This document shows, one piece after another, positions 59,265-64,000 of a stretch of DNA of 64,000 bases. The position numbers and the translations under genes are program-made. The stretch is taken from NCBI RefSeq assembly GCF_023055435.1, contig NW_025964035.1:868001-932000 (forward strand), read 5' to 3'. The DNA is from Haliotis rufescens. Lineage: Eukaryota. Under the pieces are notes generated by a model. It worked only from the letters and a program-made list of their open reading frames with translations, did no database searches and was not told the DNA's origin. Every line of letters begins with the position of its first letter. Positions within the stretch are counted from its first letter, which is position 1.

Positions 59265-62200
59265 TCACCAACCTGAAAGAAAAATACATAAACGAAATCA
59301 GTACCATTCAAGAAAAGGATTAAAAAGATTGAACAGTGACATAAGACAAAGTGAGTTTGGCTTAACGCCGCTATGTATTTCATGACGGCATGTCTGCTTG
59401 GAGGGAACAACTCGAAGTGATGCAGATCTTAGACGTTGACCACGCACGAGTAAGCTTGGATGATTCGAATCCCAGATCATTGGTTTGTGGAACACCTAAT
59501 GAACGCAGCTCCTTGAGCATATATATTAACATATATATGTATACACCCTTGTTACCTTATTCCAAATCATGGCATATAGTCTTATATAAAGATGACACAA
59601 ATGGTGTAACATAATTTAGCATTGTAATGGCGTTAGTAGATGGACAGACGGATTCAACATCTATGATGTTATAAGTGGGAAGACTTTTTTATTGGGGGAT
59701 CTACGTTCATATGTTCTTAAAAACGACAATAAATATGTATCTACACTTGTCAACAAACTGTTCTAACACTGCACCGACCTCTTTGAGCCATGGGTTGCTG
59801 TTGGGGGTTTGGCAGCTGTATTCCGAGCGTTCTGAAGAAGGCCGATATGGCGTCGTTCACGAACTGGGTTCTCTGTGGTGCTGGCATTCTTAGAAGTGCT
59901 TCGGCGAGATGGGGGGCTATTTCGGGATCCTTTGAAAAAATAAACATAATAAGAAATTCTGTATAAAATAGCAGCCTTGCTGTCTTCTTAGCCGAAGCCT
60001 TATAATATATGGTTATTATAACGGACACGGTGGGTTCTTTAACGAGCAGGCGAACATGTGAATAATTGGTCTGCAGGAGCGATGGTGTAGGATATGGTTC
60101 CCGTTTTTGGGAACACCTGGAGGTCATCACTGATTTTCAGTGATCCAGTCACATAGAGAATCTCATCCGAGTGTCTTTTGATATCAAATATATCAACACG
60201 AGTTGATAAAAGTGGAAAAATTCCGAGGCTTGCCGAGGATATTTGCAAATTTTATCAACGAGTGTTATCTTGGGGTTAGTGTTAACCCGGGGTTATCTTA
60301 ATGAGGTGAGTGGATGTGTCCTGGGTCCGGACCAACAGTGTTTCATTGTGTATTTACATGATCTCAAAAACCTCAATGAACCACTCACCTGGCTTTGTGG
60401 CATGTTAGCCATATTGGCTCTGAGTCCTTGTTTCTGTGATGGTTGCTGTGGGTGTTGCTGTTGGGGAGGCTGAGGCTGAGGCTGGGGATTTGGAGGCTGT
60501 GGGTAAGGTGATGGACCTTGGTTCTGAGGCTGGTTGGGGAAATGATTATGTTGAGTTGGCATTTGGGAGATCTGTTGGTTGAATGGCAACTGTGTTGGCT
60601 GTGGCTGGGATGGAGGTTGTGGTTGTGGTTGTTGTGATTGATGTTGCTGTGGCTGTTGTGGCTGATGCTGGGGCGGTGTAATCTGGAAGGGATCCTTTCC
60701 CCACGGGGCAGCGTTCTGTGTGCTGGGATCGGGGAATGGCATCGGGGCTCTAGCTGGGGGGGAAGCGGGGGATCCCCATCTGTTTCCCCTTGGAGGTTGT
60801 GGAGAGGGAGGGACATAGAGATGCCCGCCGTTGGGCCCGTTGCCTTGTGGTCTTCCATTTCCCATACCGCTCGGTTTCTGACCTCCCACGGGATTTTGCA
60901 GTAGGTTTACAATACTTCCCATAACATTTTGCATATTGTTCCCAGCTTTGTTAGGATTTCCCATACCGTTGTTAGGATTTCCCATACCGTTGTTAGGATT
61001 TCCCATACCGTTGTTAGGATTTCCCATACCACCCATTGGGTTCCCCATGCCATTCATTGGGTTCCCCATGCCATTCATGGGATTTCCCATTCCACCCATC
61101 GGATTTCCCATTCCGCCCATCGGGTTGCCCATACCACCCATCGGGTTGCCCATACCGCCCATACCACCCATCGGGTTGCCCATACCGCCCATCGGGTTTC
61201 CCATACCACCCATCATGTTTCCTAGAGCAGCCAGAGGATTTGCCATTGGTCCCATAGGATTCACCCCGCCGTTCATCGCTGCAAACATGCCCATCATGCC
61301 AATCTTACGAGGTCCCCGAAGAGCTGTAAACAAATAAATATGAGTTAGACAAACGTAGTTGTAACTAGTGAGTGAGTGAGTAGTTTTGTTTCACTCCGCT
61401 TGGAATCTTTTTTCAGTTACTTCATTGCGTGGCAGTTTTAACTTGTACCACATGTTCCCGTGTTATTTTTCAGTTGACTTGCCGTTGCATGTGTTTGTGA
61501 CGAGCACCACCAGTGAGACAGGATACACTCACCTTTTCGCGAACACCTGGTATCATTACTATTTGATAGTGATCCATAAGCACATGCTCATGTTCATGAA
61601 AAAGTCGGAATCGTACAATCAACAGATTTATGCAGAGATTTCTATTGCATATGGAAAGGGATTTGGCGCTTTATTCCAACGAGATTCACTTTTGTGAAAC
61701 ACAAACTTTGGTACAATGTTGCTACAAAACGGACCCGGGATTCAAACCCGCGACCACTGCACAGATAATTAGGGCCTTAGACGATTGAGCTAACCTTGCC
61801 TATTTGAATATGAATCATTACTGTATTTCTATTTCAGTGAGTGAGTGAGTGAGTATGGTTTTACGCCGCTTTTAGCAATATTCCAGCAATATCACGGCGG
61901 GGGACACCAGAAATGAGTTTCACACATTGTACCCATGTCGGGAATCGAACCCGGGTCTTCGGCGTGACGAGCGAACGCTTTAACCACTAGTCTACCCGAC
62001 CGCCCCTTCTATTTCAGATTATAAAATTAACGAAAGAAAGCACGTCCATACTTACGATCACAAGCAATATTACAGCCGGCACCTGAAAGAAACAATAAAT
62101 AATCATAATCATAGTCAGAGGAAGCGTATGTAACTCAGACAACTTCAAATGAAGTTAAAGAACACCCGATTAATTCACTTTAATATGATTACTACATATT

Positions 62201-62709
62201 GCCATGACTTCAATTCAGTGCTATATAAGTTGGTCATCAGAGCCAAGTCCAACAAGACTCCTTTTGCATGTATAGGTGAGTGAGTATATGTTTAATGTGT
62301 AGCAGTCAGGTACTGCTATATAATGGCGGCAAACCAGTGGTTATGGTCAACTCCTTAGCGTTATGATCTGGTACAATCAGAGAGTTCGTACACTGGGGCC
62401 ATCGAGTCTGGTTGTTGAATCATCATGTAATAATGCAAAACGCGAATACCTGGTGTCATCACTATTATTGATTTATAAACAAATGCTAATAATAAAGTCG
62501 AAATCGTACAAGGGGCTCTGCTTTTAAATTTCTTAAGGAAACGGTTATATCTCATTGAATTACGTTATATGTATGTTAAATAATACATATTAGTGTGTGT
62601 CAACTTACCATCAACGAGATCAGAGAATGCTCCGGCTGTGAAAAAAAATTAAAATGTTAATAATAAAGACTTTTATATATTTTTCTACATATTTCGACAC
62701 GACACACGT

Positions 62710-62750
<41 letters not shown>

Positions 62751-63000
62751 GATCATCTTCATGATGTTATCTGTGGATATCTGGGCAACCACAAGCTAAT
62801 TTAAAAAGAATGAAGGAGTGAACAAATGAGTGGCATGTCATCATGATTCGAACCCATGATTTGAACCAACGTATGACTTTAAACGGTTGGACATAAAATA
62901 AGTATGACATGGCCATGATCAAAAGAACTACAACTGCAGCAAGAACACAATAGACTGAGATGCCGTAGAGTTTACGTACCGACTTCCATTGGACTCCGGT
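59265..63000 (-). CDS. Gene D (5' incomplete): Gly/Met/Asn- and Pro/Gln-rich low-complexity protein. Coding exons 62980-63000, 62609-62635, 62056-62082, 60389-61323, 59779-59929, 59265-59272
   Basis: GT-AG junctions in consistent phase. Peptide: ...RSPMEVAGAFSDLVDGAGCNIACDPLRGPRKIGMMGMFAAMNGGVNPMGP...(GMGNPxx)x12...PQ-rich...QSQ|DPEIAPHLAEALLRMPAPQRTQFVNDAISAFFRTLGIQLPNPQQQPMAQR|GW*. AATAAA at 59089-59094. No signal-peptide exon found; it probably lies beyond 64000. Confidence 0.75.
60389..61323 (-). CDS. Gene D large exon: GMGNP(M/N)(G/N) heptads then Pro/Gln tract
   Basis: Within ORF 60293..61333; acceptor ttatttgtttacag, donor CAG|gtgagt. Confidence 0.88.
61837..62006 (-). mobile_element. 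SINE family 1
   Basis: Full length, TSD ttctatttcag. Confidence 0.92.
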
Positions 63001-63659
63001 CTGTAAGGAAATGAAGATTTCAGACATTAATAAGAAGTGTAAAACTCTACTTGCATGTATGGATGTGTCAAGTGTGCAACAATCAAACTTCCTACAACAT
63101 TTCACTTACATATTTCATAGAGATACAGGATATTAGATTTCATCTAGTGTGATCGCCATGCCACTTGAGCTGTACACTTACCAGGAAACTGAGAATTAAA
63201 AATGGAGTGCACACTGATCCATTCTTCAGGGAATTTATTCAGATTTATTATGGTCTAAGCGCATTTGCGCAGTTATAAATTGGACAGTGCGCTATATAAT
63301 TTCATAATTTAATTAATATTTTTTAAGTCGTTTAACACACATTTTCGAGGTTTCTTTCATCTCCTTCATCGTGTGAATGATGGATGCAGAAGCTGGGCAT
63401 TGTTCCACGAAGCTATCTCAGTATGGGAGTCACGAACACTATGGCGCTTTGTGGAACATGGCCCTGAACTGTATCTAGCTTGTATCACAATGAACTACTG
63501 ACTTCGAAATACATCGTCAACGATTATAAATTATCATTGTCGTGTGTGTTCTTCATGTCCTGTATGAAGAGTACTTATCTCACATTGCACATGAAGGTCG
63601 GACCCATTCTATTCATTCCAACGTTTCCCGCTGACATGTAAGGCAATTTCTGGTGTTTC

Positions 63660-63942
63660 CGAGTGAGTGAGTGAGTTGGGTTTAACGCCGCTTTTAACAT
63701 TATTCAAGTTATATCACGGCGTGTCAGCTTAATGTGGGAGGAAAGCCCCAAGTGATGCAGGTCTCAGACGTTTACCACTTCGGTGAAACCCACGAGCACG
63801 GGTATGGTGCTGACAAACCTAGAAACATAATCGGGGCGAACCGAGATTCGAACCCACAATCATAGGTTTCTGGCGTGCCGAAGTGACGCAACTCTGCACA
63901 GCGAATCGCGGCGCCTTAGACTACTTGGCCACCCGTGCCCCC
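63660..63942 (-). mobile_element. SINE family 2
   Basis: Full-length copy. Confidence 0.9.
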
Positions 63943-64000
63943 TTGTGTTTCTGAGCTCGAATTGCTGAGATGCTGGCGATTTGCAATCTCGAAACATTGA

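Overview
Eukaryotic, repeat-rich animal DNA with three N gaps. It is probably molluscan, and the SINE content looks abalone/Haliotis-like from memory; this is not verified. Reading the minus strand for GT/AG splice sites gives four tandem, same-orientation spliced genes that the ORF track mostly misses. Gene A (10161->2565, 3' end unresolved) is a Gly/Met-rich secreted protein. Gene B (27875->10933, 13 coding exons, ~1375 aa) has a signal peptide, a Gly/Ala/Met exon, a chain of nine 12-60 nt phase-1 micro-exons encoding a small 4-Cys module, and one 3.7-kb low-complexity exon with GPYDPSMG repeats. Gene C (47628->34495, 12 exons, 839 aa) has a signal peptide, a Ser/Thr/Ala mucin-like stalk and an unrecognised ~210-aa Cys-containing C-terminal domain. 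Gene D (>=63000->59265, 5' end not found) has micro-exons homologous to those of gene B, GMGNP heptad repeats and a Pro/Gln tract. Together they look like a cluster of secreted repetitive low-complexity proteins (shell-matrix, mucus or adhesive type; function is inference) with a micro-exon-gene architecture. Introns and intergenic DNA hold four SINE families, Tc1 and MITE DNA transposons, L1/Tx1, L2 and Penelope-like remnants, and many minisatellites. One minisatellite was born from an exon/splice-donor junction. All gene models were assembled by hand, without transcript evidence.
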